The translations under genes were made by a program, and so were the position numbers. The notes under the pieces were generated by a model, which was given only the letters and a program-made list of their open reading frames with translations, ran no database searches and was not told where the DNA came from. DNA of 64,000 nt from a virus (Duplodnaviria; Caudoviricetes), in the IMG/VR virus record IMGVR_UViG_3300031784_000002, one strand, 5' to 3'. Of this stretch, positions 20,041 through 30,209 are shown piece after piece; position 1 is the first letter of the stretch, and every line of letters begins with the position of its first letter.

Positions 20041-20041
20041 T

Positions 20042-20251
20042 ATGAGTCTACTCAAAATTAACAGAGCATCACTTTACGAATATCCAGTGAAAACAACTCC
20101 TCAAAATGTCAAAGAATCAAACGAAGGACTGTTTCATGCTAAAATGACTCTACCTGCGGCTGCAAAACATTGCGGAATGACACAAAAAGAAATGAAGTTG
20201 ACATTCTTCGAGTTTTTGAAGTATAATCCTCCTACCTACCAACCCGAGTAA
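20042..20251 (+). CDS. Hypothetical protein, possible HTH
   Basis: MTLPAAAKHCGMTQKEMKLTF segment resembles a helix-turn-helix. Confidence 0.55.
   Translation: MSLLKINRASLYEYPVKTTPQNVKESNEGLFHAKMTLPAAAKHCGMTQKEMKLTFFEFLKYNPPTYQPE
20198..20227 (+). promoter_or_regulatory. sigma70-like promoter for the tRNA cluster, inside a CDS
   Basis: TTGACA(20198-20203)-N18-TATAAT(20222-20227), about 33 nt before the first tRNA. Confidence 0.6.
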
Positions 20252-20260
20252 GGTTTTCGA

Positions 20261-20335
20261 GGGACTGTCGCCTATTGGTTAAGGCCCACTGCTTATAACG
20301 GTGTGAACGGAGTTCAATTCTCCGCAGTCCTACCA
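20261..20335 (+). tRNA. trnI: tRNA-Ile (UAU), CCA encoded
   Basis: Acceptor GGGACTG/CAGTCCT, anticodon arm CACTG-CTTATAA-CGGTG, T-loop GTTCAATTC, ends ACCA. Confidence 0.9.
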
Positions 20336-20343
20336 AAATAAAT

Positions 20344-20426
20344 GGGAGCATGGTGGAATCGGTAGACACACCAGACTTAAAATCTGTCGGGCATAGCCTG
20401 TGGGAGTTCAAGTCTCCCTGCTCCTA
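20344..20426 (+). tRNA. trnL: tRNA-Leu (UAA), no intron
   Basis: Acceptor GGGAGCA/TGCTCCT, anticodon loop CTTAAAA, long variable arm, GTTCAAGTC. Confidence 0.93.
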
Positions 20427-20450
20427 TTAGTATACATAGTTATACTATTT

Positions 20451-20522
20451 GCCCTTGTAGCTCAGTGGTAGAGCAACGGTTTTGTAAACCGTTGGTCGCT
20501 GGTTCAAATCCGGTCGGGGGCT
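20451..20522 (+). tRNA. trnT: tRNA-Thr (UGU)
   Basis: Acceptor GCCCTTG/CGGGGGC, anticodon arm ACGGT-TTTGTAA-ACCGT, GTTCAAATC. Confidence 0.93.
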
Positions 20523-20540
20523 TCAGTAATTAAAAGATTC

Positions 20541-20699
20541 ATGATCATCAATCTCTGGTACAATAAAGACATGAATCAATGGAGATGGTCGTTGACTGAT
20601 CCATCCACAATGGAACAACATACAGGAGGACAACCAAATCTTAGAACAGCAATGAATGACATTGCCAATACAGTAGAATTCATTTTAAGTAAAAAATGA
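20541..20699 (+). CDS. Small hypothetical protein (52 aa)
   Basis: MIINLWYNKDMNQWRWSLTD...ANTVEFILSKK read manually. Confidence 0.65.
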   Translation: MIINLWYNKDMNQWRWSLTDPSTMEQHTGGQPNLRTAMNDIANTVEFILSKK

Positions 20700-21262
20700 A
20701 TAATACACATGTGTATTATAAAAAACTAAACGAGAAATCAATATTTTTATATGATTTTTGTAATTCAACAATGAACAATATCCCTGAAGATCAAAGAAAA
20801 AAATTAGTAAATCGTGCAGATTTTAAAGTTGTCAGGATAAACAAAGACCACTTTTTAAAAGAACCTTTAATTAAAAAGATACATGAACAATTTGAGATAA
20901 GTTTTGCTGGTATTTTTATCTTAGAAAAAAATACCGCATGTGAATTTCACATAGATGAGCCAAGAAAAGTAGCCATCAATATGTTGTTATCTTCTGGAAT
21001 AAGTCATAGTATTTTTAAAAAAGAAAATAAAGAATCCGATAACGCATATCAATACGAATTTGAAGAACTGATATTTGAAGAAAAATATTTTTATTTGTAT
21101 AATGTCTCAAAAGAACATAGTGTAATAAACTTCGATAAACCAAGATATATGTTCTCAATCAAATTTAAAGATGGCAAATTGTCTTACGACGAATTATCAA
21201 AGTGGTGTGAAGAAAATAATTTGTTAGAAAACCAAAACAAAATAAGTAATTATACTCAGTGA
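20696..21262 (+). CDS. Cupin / 2OG-Fe(II) oxygenase-like protein
   Basis: FHID (HxD), AINMLL, distal YNVSKEHSVIN..PR. Confidence 0.55.
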   Translation: MNNTHVYYKKLNEKSIFLYDFCNSTMNNIPEDQRKKLVNRADFKVVRINKDHFLKEPLIKKIHEQFEISFAGIFILEKNTACEFHIDEPRKVAINMLLSSGISHSIFKKENKESDNAYQYEFEELIFEEKYFYLYNVSKEHSVINFDKPRYMFSIKFKDGKLSYDELSKWCEENNLLENQNKISNYTQ

Positions 21263-21870
21263 AAAGTCAATTTTACATAGATAAAGTTGGTAAAGATGAA
21301 ATAAAAGAACTTCTTTATACTCATCATTACCTTAAAGACGAATCTAAAGATTTTAAATCTGGGTATAACTATGGACTTTTCAAACATCCTGACTGGGAAT
21401 GTCCCCTTAGAATTAGCAGGTGCCTTGGTGCTTGCATTTTTAGTACACTCCCAGTACCAGAAATCGCCGTAGGAGCTTTTGGTTTAAATCGTAATGAACA
21501 ACAAGGAATTTTTGAACTATCCCGCCTCTGCATCCTCCCAGAAATTCAATCAGATGAATATAATATCACTTCTTGGTTTGTTTCAAGATCGATTAGACAG
21601 TTACGGAAGGATACTAAAGTTAAAGCAATCCTCTCTTACGCTGATAGTAATCGCCATACTGGCACAATCTATCGCGCTTGTAACTTTAAGTATTACGGTC
21701 TCACGGATCGAAAAAAAGATTTCTACTATGCGGATGGAACTAAACACTCTCGTGGAAAAATAAAAGGTGAAAATGGCGAATGGAAAGATCGTAGTAGAAA
21801 ACATAGATACTTAATGATTTTTGATAATTCTTTAAAAGAAAGCCTTGCCTGGAAAGAAGTTAAATGGTAA
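21259..21870 (+). CDS. mom: Mom-like (GNAT-fold) DNA modification protein
   Basis: HHYL, FELSRL, ILSYADS..HTGTIYRACNF.YYG pattern of phage Mom-like proteins. Confidence 0.7.
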   Translation: MKSQFYIDKVGKDEIKELLYTHHYLKDESKDFKSGYNYGLFKHPDWECPLRISRCLGACIFSTLPVPEIAVGAFGLNRNEQQGIFELSRLCILPEIQSDEYNITSWFVSRSIRQLRKDTKVKAILSYADSNRHTGTIYRACNFKYYGLTDRKKDFYYADGTKHSRGKIKGENGEWKDRSRKHRYLMIFDNSLKESLAWKEVKW

Positions 21871-21925
21871 TATATACTTGGTGGTACTAAGACACCAGCG
21901 ACAAAATCCCTTCCGTGTGAACTTT

Positions 21926-21954
21926 AAAACCTCCTCATTGAGAGGAGGTTTTTT
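21926..21954 (+). terminator. Intrinsic terminator
   Basis: AAAACCTCCTC-ATTGA-GAGGAGGTTTT plus further T. Confidence 0.85.
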
Positions 21955-22000
21955 AGTGTCTAAATATAAAAAGAATAATTTGTCACTGTAGGAAAACAAG

Positions 22001-25000
22001 ATGCCGCTAAGTAGATTAGAGAATTTCCTAAAAAATGCTGAGGGTAATATCCTATATGTTAACCCTTCTGATTTTGATGCTACTGATAGTATTGAGAATA
22101 GAGGTAACTCCTTAACTAGACCGTTTAGAACTATCCAGAGAGCTGTTCTGGAAGCGGCAAGATTTTCATATTTGGTAGGAAAGAATAACGATAAAATTGA
22201 TACTACAACTATTCTAGTTTATCCAGGCGTTCACTACATTGATAATAGACCTGGACATTCAATTACAAATCAAAGTGGTACTGCAGAATTTAAAAGATTT
22301 GTAAATGGATCTTGGACTACATCTGGCGCTACATTATCAGAATTCACATTGAATTCTAATTTTGATCTTTTTGATGAAGATAACGATTTATACAAATATA
22401 ATTCTACCGAAGGTGGTGTAATTCTACCTAGAGGTACTTCAATTGTTGGTCTAGATCTTAGAAAGACTAAGATTCGTCCAATGTATGTACCAGATCCACT
22501 GAATGATAATGTAGATCCTACAGCTGTGTTCAGAGTTACTGGTACTTGTTACTTTACGGCATTTAGTATTTTTGATGCTGATCCACAGAGGGCTTGTTAT
22601 AAGGATTCTACATCAAGAAAAGTTGTTCCAAACTATTCGCACCATAAACTAACTTGTTTTGAATATGCTGATGGTGTAAATCAAGTTAAGTTGGGATCTG
22701 AGCATACAGGTCTCACCGACTTGGATATGTATTACTATAAGGTTTCATATGCCTATGGTGATACTTCTGGAAGAGGTATTCCAAATTACCCAGTAAACAA
22801 TAGTTCAGACTTTGAGCCGTCTATTGATGAATATAGAATTGTTGGAGATCTTCGTGCTGATCCTATTGGAATTACGAGTATTAAGTCTGGTAATGGTATT
22901 GTAGCGACTACAACTATTACAGTAACAACTGATGTTCCACATAATTTATTCAAAGATACACCTGTTCTTATTACTGGAATTACAACAAGTGTTGATGAGT
23001 ATAATGGATCTTTCTTAGTTAGTGATGTAACAAGTGCAACAGAATTTAAATATGTTGCTCCATCAACTCCAGTTATAGCTCTACCAACATCAGGACAAAT
23101 TCTTAATGCTAGAGCTATTGTAGAGTCTGACAGCGTTTCTTCAGCTTCTCCATATATTTTCTCTTGTACATTGAGATCCGTTTATGGTATGAACGGACTT
23201 CATGCTGATGGTAACAAGGCAACAGGATTTAAATCCATGTTGACTGCTCAGTTTACTGGAATTTCTCTACAGAAAGATGACAATGCTTTCCTATTGTATG
23301 ATACGGAAACAGGGATATACAATGAAAATTTAACTGTTGACGACGCAGATAAACCACTTCATACAAATTCTAGGGCAATTTATAGACCTGGTTGGGAAAA
23401 CTTCCACATGAAGTGTAGTAATAATTCTATTCTTCAGTGTGTTTCTATTTTCGCAATCGGATTCGCAAGACACTTTGTAGCTGAATCTGGTGGTGACCAA
23501 TCTATTACTAACTCAAACTCAAACTTTGGCGCAGTTTCATTAGAAGCTGTGGGATTCAGACCAGAGTCGTTTGATAGAGACGATGTTGGTTATATTACAC
23601 ACGTAATTCCACCAAGAGACTTAACATTTAGAGAAACTAACGTAACTTGGTTGCCTCTTGATGTCAACAAGATTATTTCAGCTGCTAACACTGCAAGACT
23701 TTACATATCTGGTTATGACAGTTCGGACATTGCTCCACCATCACAGATTGACTCCTATAGAATTGGTGCAAAAGAGAATGAAGAGTTATATCTGTCTGTA
23801 ATCATTGGATCTCAACAAAATAACTTTAAAGCCCCAATTTTGATGCAGGTTCCTAGTGGAATCGGAACTTCGTCTAAAAAAGTATATACAGTTGGTAGAA
23901 ATTCAGGAATCAACAGTATTACCTCAAATATCCTAACTCTCCAGTCAAATCACCAATTTTTCAATGGAGAAAAGGTAAGAATTGTAAGTGACAATGGCGA
24001 TTTACCAGAAAATGTGGCTTCTGATAAAATTTATTATGCTTATACAACAGGATTATCAGCTAATCAAATTAGACTATCCTCCACATTAAATGATGCAAAC
24101 GCTGGAAATACTATCACCGGCATTTCCAATGGTGGTGGAAGACTCGAAGTAATCAGTTATGTTTCAGATAAACGACCAGGAGATGTAGGTCACCCGATAC
24201 AATATGATAGTACAGTAAGTAACTGGTATATTCAAAGTACACCAGTTACCCTATTCAACACCATTTATACTGGTATTGTAGGAATTGGATCAACTACACT
24301 AGGAACTCAAACTGGATCAACATTTATCACTAGAAGAATTGATAACAGAGGTCTAGATGATAGAATTTATAAGTTCCGTTATGTCATTCCAAAAGAATTT
24401 GTAGATGCTAGACCACCGACTGATGGATTTGTTCTTCAAGAATCAAAATCCGTAGGTATCAGTAGTGTATCTTATTTAACATCCGCACTCACAGATGTAA
24501 CTCAATTAAGAAATCCTAGAATAATTAAAACTATCAATTATTCTAGTGGTAGTGCGTTTGTAAAGACCGAATTGCCTCACAATCTTGTCATTGGTGATAC
24601 TGTAAAAATTTCAAACGTAGTAAGTTCAGCTCAAACTGTAGCATCTTATAATGGATCTTTTGAAGTTATTTCAATAACAAATTCAAAAGAGTTTGCCATT
24701 GGTGGTTTCGATGCCAGCCCTGGAACATTTTTAAATCAAACTAACCAAAGATCAACTCAACAACAAATTGAGGCTTTACCAACAATACAAAAGGAAAAGT
24801 CTAGAGACAGTATTTACATCTATAGAAGTCAAGAAATTAAACCATTCATTCCTGGTGCTGGTGGTCAGGATGGAATTTATAACATTATTGCACTATCTGG
24901 TAGTATTAAACCAAATTCTAAGGTTGGATTTGGTTTAAGTAATACCAACTTTAACCAAGACGTAAGAAATCTATATCCACAAATAGACAGAGATAATTAC

Positions 25001-28000
25001 AACTCTGATCCACTACCCACATTAAGTTATGCTGAACTATATCCAACTGGAATCGTCAAAACAAGTGATAAGAAAAACTCTCTTACTAAAGAATCTTTAA
25101 ACCATTTCTTCGATAATAACAGAGTTGGATATGCAATTACTGGAGCAGTAATTACTGGATCTGGAAACACAACTATCACACTCTTTACAGATATTGATCA
25201 TAATCTAAATTCAATTAGATCTCTAACCTTAACAAACGCAGGTTCTGGTTATAACAACAGTGCTGGAGTTACAAGTGCAATTTATTCCGCTGAGTTAATT
25301 AACAATTTCATTACTGGAAAAAATGCTACCGTAAAAGTAACTATTTCAGTTGGAAATACTATTTCATCTGTAGAAATCGTTGATCCCGGTTCAGTATATG
25401 GAATCGGAAATACTATGACCATTTCTGCGGATCCTGCAGGAGCTCCTTCAACTTATGCTGTTGTTCAAGTTGCATCCATTAACAACAATATTGGCGATTC
25501 TCTAGAATTGAGTGGATTCATGGAACCACTCATGAATGGAACATTCAGAATCATAGATGTTCCTTCAACTAAAACTATCGCCTTAATCAGAGAAGGTGGT
25601 CTACCTTCAGCGACTTATCGAACCAGAAATGATGAAAGATTGCCAATTGCATATCTATCCGCAAAAGGAGTTGGAGTAAGTACCATCAGACTTAATGGTA
25701 CAGTTGGAATTACAACAGTAGTTTGTTCGGAAGGTCATGGACTTCTCCCTGGTAATACATTCACTCTTGTTGGGGTAGGAAATACATACTTCTCTAAGAA
25801 ATTCATTGTTAATGAATCTTTAGGTATTACCTCATTCACATTTAGTTCCGGAATTACTACAGTTACTCAAACTTGGAATTTAACTGGAGTAACTGCACAT
25901 AAATCAACTCTTTCTGCAAATGGAAGAGCTCTAGGATCTGGAGAAGAAAATCTTGGTGGAAGAGGTAACTTCTTATACGCTGGAATCACTACTACAATAT
26001 CAACTCCAATCACTTCGACAGACAGTTCTATAACATTAACAAGTGCTAATGGATTTAAGAAGGGTGACTTTATTTCTATAAATTCTGAAATTATTAGACT
26101 TTCAAGTGATCCTGCAGGAAATACATTCAATGTTCTAAGAGGACAATTTTCAACAGTTGCTGGTTCTGGTGGTTCGGGTTCAGTAGTAAGAAAGATCCGT
26201 ATTCTTCCAGTAGAAATTCGTAGACCATCTATTCTTCGTGCATCTGGACATACATTTGAATATCTTGGATACGGTCCTGGTAACTATTCAACAGGTTTAC
26301 CTGTAAAACAAGACAGGATCTTAAGTACAGATGAAAGTCTAGTTTCTCAAGCACGAGAACAGGACGGTGGTACAGTCGTTTATACTGGCATGAACGACAG
26401 AGGTGAATTTTATACTGGTGCTTCAAAAGTTAATGGTGCAACTGGTGAAGAAGAGACTGTTGACGCTCCCGTTGTTTCATTCTTTGGAGATGATTTACTA
26501 ACAGGTACTGAAAAGAGAAACAGTGGTGTTTTTGATGACCTAGTTGTTAAAGAAAGAATCACCGTTGAAGGTGGTGAAAATAACAACCAAACATCTCAGT
26601 TCTACGGACCAGTTAACTTCTCTCAAAAGGTAACTAGCTCTGCTGACGATGGACTTGAGACTAGAGATCTATACATCAAGGGTCTTGCATCTCAACCAAA
26701 GCTTCTAACCGTTGGTATTTCAACTCCAACAGACGCTAAGAAGACTGGAGATATCTCATTCCTAGCTAACCCAGACCCTGCTGGATATATTGGTCACGTT
26801 TATGCTGATGGTGATTGGCGTCGTTGGGGAATGATTTCTCAAGATAAGAATAGAGATTACCTCAAGTTAGATCAGGTTGCTATTGGTCAGTCTGCTGGTG
26901 TTTATAACTTCTCCGACGCACTAGAAGTTAATGGAACGGTTAAGGTTAGAAACCTCTATGTGGGTGGTGCTGTTACATTCGCTGGTGCTCAGGCAATCGG
27001 TAACGCTTCATTTGATAATATTACAGTCAATAATACAACTGTATTCTCTGGAGTTGGAACAAATTATACAATTAGAACAACTAATGCAAATACAATTGCA
27101 CAATTCCAAAACATAGAAGTTATTGGAACTGCTGCAACATTTACAAATGCAACGGTAAGATTTGAGAATTCTTTCAATTCCGTATTCACTGGAGTATCTA
27201 CTGTTGCTGGAACTTTAGTTGTTGGTAATTTGTCTGTGCCAGCTGGAATTATTTCCGCATCAAATATGATTATTGATAATCTAAACGTTAATAGATTATC
27301 AGTATCTACAGAAGCTTCAATACTATCTGGTATTATTACTGCAATTAGAACCAGATATATTGGTGGTGGCATTGGAACATTCCCATCTCTAGCATGTTTT
27401 AATGTTGGTGTTGTTACTTCATTGACTGGCGTTGCTTGTACAATTACTACAATTAATGGTACTAATGCTTTCATTACAGGTATCAGAGCTAATACATCTT
27501 TTGCAACTCCTCTTGCAACAATTAACACTGGTATTATTACAAACTTCGCAAGCACAGTTGCAGGAATTACAAGTGCATATGTAGTTACTGGATTCACAAC
27601 TACTGAAATTATTAGTAATTGGATCGGTGCTCCAACTGCTTATACTAATGTTGGATTTACTACTACTGCCGTTGTTACAGGTTGGATGGGGGCTCCAACT
27701 GCTTACGTCAACAGTGGTATTATCACTACTCTCAGTGGTACAACAGCTACCTACCAAAATGGACAATTTACTGGAGCACTACGATTAAACGGTACTGCAA
27801 CAGGACAGGGTATTTACGCAAATATTGGTATTATTAGTGCCTTTGGACCTGGTGCTACAAATCCAACTGCTGGTAGCATGAATATCAACTGTGGACCTTC
27901 TGGAGATATTACTGGAAGAGTAATCACTTCTACAGTTGCAACTGGAACAGCTCCATTAGTTGTTACATCAACAACGGAGGTAGCAAACTTAAACGCGAGT

Positions 28001-28510
28001 AGAATTGGTGGAAGACTGCCTGCAGGATTCTTAAGAGGTGTTGTTGATGTATGGCAGACATCTGATGACGGTAAGAATAGATTGTATTTTGGAAACAACT
28101 CCAAAACATATTTTGGATCAGCTGGCAGTGGATATGAATTTAGATCCAGTACCGATACCACTATCATCACAATAGACAATAGTGGAAATGCTTCATTTAC
28201 TGGAGAAGTTACCGCAAGTTCTGATGAAAGAATCAAAACCAACATCAAAACTATTGAAAATGGTTTAGATAAGGTTGTTCAACTTCGTGGTGTCGAATAT
28301 GATCGTATTGACATTGAATCTCATCAAATTGGTGTAATTGCACAAGAAGTTGAAAAAGTTCTGCCAAATATTGTTCATACAGATGAAAGGGGAATGAAGT
28401 CAGTTGCTTATGGTAATCTAACTGCAGTTCTAATTGAAGCAATCAAAGAACTTAAAGGCGAGATCTCCGAACTTCGTGCAGAATTGAATGAATTAAAGGG
28501 TACTAAATAA
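22001..28510 (+). CDS. Large virion structural / tail fibre protein with C-terminal S74 intramolecular chaperone
   Basis: MPLSRLENFLKN..GNILYVNPSDFDATDSIEN start typical of cyanomyovirus structural proteins; beta-helix-like repeats; SSDERIKTNI..IGVIAQEVEKVLP..coiled coil. Confidence 0.8.
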   Translation: MPLSRLENFLKNAEGNILYVNPSDFDATDSIENRGNSLTRPFRTIQRAVLEAARFSYLVGKNNDKIDTTTILVYPGVHYIDNRPGHSITNQSGTAEFKRFVNGSWTTSGATLSEFTLNSNFDLFDEDNDLYKYNSTEGGVILPRGTSIVGLDLRKTKIRPMYVPDPLNDNVDPTAVFRVTGTCYFTAFSIFDADPQRACYKDSTSRKVVPNYSHHKLTCFEYADGVNQVKLGSEHTGLTDLDMYYYKVSYAYGDTSGRGIPNYPVNNSSDFEPSIDEYRIVGDLRADPIGITSIKSGNGIVATTTITVTTDVPHNLFKDTPVLITGITTSVDEYNGSFLVSDVTSATEFKYVAPSTPVIALPTSGQILNARAIVESDSVSSASPYIFSCTLRSVYGMNGLHADGNKATGFKSMLTAQFTGISLQKDDNAFLLYDTETGIYNENLTVDDADKPLHTNSRAIYRPGWENFHMKCSNNSILQCVSIFAIGFARHFVAESGGDQSITNSNSNFGAVSLEAVGFRPESFDRDDVGYITHVIPPRDLTFRETNVTWLPLDVNKIISAANTARLYISGYDSSDIAPPSQIDSYRIGAKENEELYLSVIIGSQQNNFKAPILMQVPSGIGTSSKKVYTVGRNSGINSITSNILTLQSNHQFFNGEKVRIVSDNGDLPENVASDKIYYAYTTGLSANQIRLSSTLNDANAGNTITGISNGGGRLEVISYVSDKRPGDVGHPIQYDSTVSNWYIQSTPVTLFNTIYTGIVGIGSTTLGTQTGSTFITRRIDNRGLDDRIYKFRYVIPKEFVDARPPTDGFVLQESKSVGISSVSYLTSALTDVTQLRNPRIIKTINYSSGSAFVKTELPHNLVIGDTVKISNVVSSAQTVASYNGSFEVISITNSKEFAIGGFDASPGTFLNQTNQRSTQQQIEALPTIQKEKSRDSIYIYRSQEIKPFIPGAGGQDGIYNIIALSGSIKPNSKVGFGLSNTNFNQDVRNLYPQIDRDNYNSDPLPTLSYAELYPTGIVKTSDKKNSLTKESLNHFFDNNRVGYAITGAVITGSGNTTITLFTDIDHNLNSIRSLTLTNAGSGYNNSAGVTSAIYSAELINNFITGKNATVKVTISVGNTISSVEIVDPGSVYGIGNTMTISADPAGAPSTYAVVQVASINNNIGDSLELSGFMEPLMNGTFRIIDVPSTKTIALIREGGLPSATYRTRNDERLPIAYLSAKGVGVSTIRLNGTVGITTVVCSEGHGLLPGNTFTLVGVGNTYFSKKFIVNESLGITSFTFSSGITTVTQTWNLTGVTAHKSTLSANGRALGSGEENLGGRGNFLYAGITTTISTPITSTDSSITLTSANGFKKGDFISINSEIIRLSSDPAGNTFNVLRGQFSTVAGSGGSGSVVRKIRILPVEIRRPSILRASGHTFEYLGYGPGNYSTGLPVKQDRILSTDESLVSQAREQDGGTVVYTGMNDRGEFYTGASKVNGATGEEETVDAPVVSFFGDDLLTGTEKRNSGVFDDLVVKERITVEGGENNNQTSQFYGPVNFSQKVTSSADDGLETRDLYIKGLASQPKLLTVGISTPTDAKKTGDISFLANPDPAGYIGHVYADGDWRRWGMISQDKNRDYLKLDQVAIGQSAGVYNFSDALEVNGTVKVRNLYVGGAVTFAGAQAIGNASFDNITVNNTTVFSGVGTNYTIRTTNANTIAQFQNIEVIGTAATFTNATVRFENSFNSVFTGVSTVAGTLVVGNLSVPAGIISASNMIIDNLNVNRLSVSTEASILSGIITAIRTRYIGGGIGTFPSLACFNVGVVTSLTGVACTITTINGTNAFITGIRANTSFATPLATINTGIITNFASTVAGITSAYVVTGFTTTEIISNWIGAPTAYTNVGFTTTAVVTGWMGAPTAYVNSGIITTLSGTTATYQNGQFTGALRLNGTATGQGIYANIGIISAFGPGATNPTAGSMNINCGPSGDITGRVITSTVATGTAPLVVTSTTEVANLNASRIGGRLPAGFLRGVVDVWQTSDDGKNRLYFGNNSKTYFGSAGSGYEFRSSTDTTIITIDNSGNASFTGEVTASSDERIKTNIKTIENGLDKVVQLRGVEYDRIDIESHQIGVIAQEVEKVLPNIVHTDERGMKSVAYGNLTAVLIEAIKELKGEISELRAELNELKGTK

Positions 28511-28539
28511 ATCGTCAGAGTTATTTTGATTTGAAACAC

Positions 28540-28701
28540 ATGGATGATAAAGCGCAACAAATGTCTGCACAACTTACTGAACGTGCTGAAACACTAAGAG
28601 AAGAGCTAATTGAACTTGAAAGACAATTCAACATTAAAAAAGAAGAGTTTTTCAAAGTTCAAGGAGCTCTAGAGGCAATTCAAGCTATGTCTCAGGATTG
28701 A
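28540..28701 (+). CDS. Small coiled-coil protein (possible fibre chaperone)
   Basis: MDDKAQQMSAQLTERAETLREEL...AMSQD read manually; CTAAATA upstream. Confidence 0.6.
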   Translation: MDDKAQQMSAQLTERAETLREELIELERQFNIKKEEFFKVQGALEAIQAMSQD

Positions 28702-28730
28702 AACCTCACAGAGTTATTATAAAAAGAATC

Positions 28731-28776
28731 AAGGGGCTTTGTCAAGATTGACAAATGCCCTTTTTTACTTTATAAC
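28731..28776 (+). promoter_or_regulatory. Terminator hairpin that contains a sigma70 -35 box
   Basis: GGGGCTTTGTCAA-GA-TTGACAAATGCCC-TTTTTT; TTGACA(28748-53)-N17-TATAAC(28771-76). Confidence 0.75.
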
Positions 28777-28794
28777 TAAACTATTTGATTTAAA

Positions 28795-29070
28795 ATGACT
28801 GATAAAACACCAGAATTTATAGATCCAAAACAATATCCAGATTTTTGGGAACAGATGAAAAACTTCAAGGAGTTTGCTAAGTCTGTTGGTCAAGATGCTG
28901 TAGAAGGAGATGGAATTTTTGTCTCGGAAGAAAAAAGAAAAAAAAGAGAAGAGGTTTGTATTAATTGTTCTCAATTTAATCCAGAAAGTAAAAGATGTTA
29001 TCTTTGCGGATGTTATATGGAGGTCAAATGGAAGTTTAAGTCTGCTGACTGTCCGATTAATATGTGGTGA
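28795..29070 (+). CDS. Small Cys-rich (metal-binding) protein
   Basis: CINC...CYLCGC...CP pattern. Confidence 0.7.
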   Translation: MTDKTPEFIDPKQYPDFWEQMKNFKEFAKSVGQDAVEGDGIFVSEEKRKKREEVCINCSQFNPESKRCYLCGCYMEVKWKFKSADCPINMW

Positions 29071-29074
29071 TCGC

Positions 29075-29103
29075 TTGACAAATTCCTAAATATCCAGTAT
29101 TGT
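29075..29103 (+). promoter_or_regulatory. sigma70-like promoter
   Basis: TTGACA(29075-80)-N17-TATTGT(29098-103). Confidence 0.65.
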
Positions 29104-29124
29104 AGACGGACATCATATAAAACC

Positions 29125-29514
29125 ATGAAAAAACTACTACTTTTACCTCTAGTTTTCTCATTGTTCTCAGTGCCTGTAAAGGCTCAACAAGTTAATGACT
29201 ATCAGACCTGCACAAAGTATCGTGAGGTCTATAATCCTGGATATTACGACGCAAATGGAAATTATGTTCAAGGAAATGTTTCTACTCAGTCATACCAAGT
29301 CCCTTGCGGAACTGGACCCATCAATTATCAGCCACGCGGAACTGTTTACAGTCGGGGTTATTATAATCGCGGCGGTTATTGTAATCCTACGCAGAGTGCG
29401 CTAGGCGCACTTCTAGGGGGTGGTGTGGGTGCTGCACTGTCTAGAGGTGATGGAAGATGGTGGGCGGTCCCTGTAGGCGCTGCCGTGGGCGGTGCAATGT
29501 TTGGATGTAACTAA
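29125..29514 (+). CDS. Secreted/membrane glycine-zipper protein
   Basis: Signal peptide MKKLLLLPLVFSLFSVPVKA; GALLGGGVGAAL..GAAVGGAMFG. Confidence 0.75.
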   Translation: MKKLLLLPLVFSLFSVPVKAQQVNDYQTCTKYREVYNPGYYDANGNYVQGNVSTQSYQVPCGTGPINYQPRGTVYSRGYYNRGGYCNPTQSALGALLGGGVGAALSRGDGRWWAVPVGAAVGGAMFGCN

Positions 29515-30130
29515 CATGAATCTCTTCAACTATAAACATCGTGAAGACTTTGGGGATGAGTGGTATATTCAACTTCTGAATACTGGAAGGCATGTTCCAA
29601 AGTTCATGAAGAACTGGTCACTTCTACAAGCATCAGTCAGTTGGAATGACTATCCTGGATGGCCTTATCTTCAAATCACATTTGGATCTAATGGTTTCTT
29701 TAGTATTCTTTTGTGGGTTTATAAGTTTGGATTAGATGTAGATATTCTTTCCCGTACTTGGAGATGGGATCATGTGGAGAACATAGATGAAAACGAAATT
29801 GAACTGGTTTGAGTATTACTTCGGTCATTGTTTCCAGACTGGATGGAGAGAAATCTGGAATAACTTTAAGATGTGGAGAGATCTGATCAGTGGAAACTAT
29901 GATGATTATGCTATACTGAGTCAAGATGATCCATACGAAGAATGTTATAATTGGTTTTGGACAAGTATCAACCTAGATGAAACCTATCCCAAAGAATTTC
30001 TTGAGTATCTGATGGAAATGTGTGATAGAATTGATAGAGGTGAAGAGAAAGTATATCCACTTGATGAAGACTTTTTTGATAGAATAAAAGAACTTACTGA
30101 TGGTGTTGATGTAGATTTGTTTGATGATGA

Positions 30131-30193
30131 GGACACTTGATGAGCTGTCCATTGACCCTTGACTTCTGTGGTCAAGGGTTTTACTATAGCCAT
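30131..30193 (+). promoter_or_regulatory. Promoter cassette copy (with canonical -35)
   Basis: GGACA-N10-TGTCCA; TTGACT-N17-TACTAT-AGCCAT; hairpin CCCTTGAC/GTCAAGGG. Confidence 0.75.
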
Positions 30194-30209
30194 ATAAATC
30201 TCCAGATTC

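Noticed and set aside
20344-20426. Group I intron in tRNA-Leu(UAA), as in many cyanobacteria
   Set aside because: The anticodon loop is contiguous and the gene is only 83 nt.
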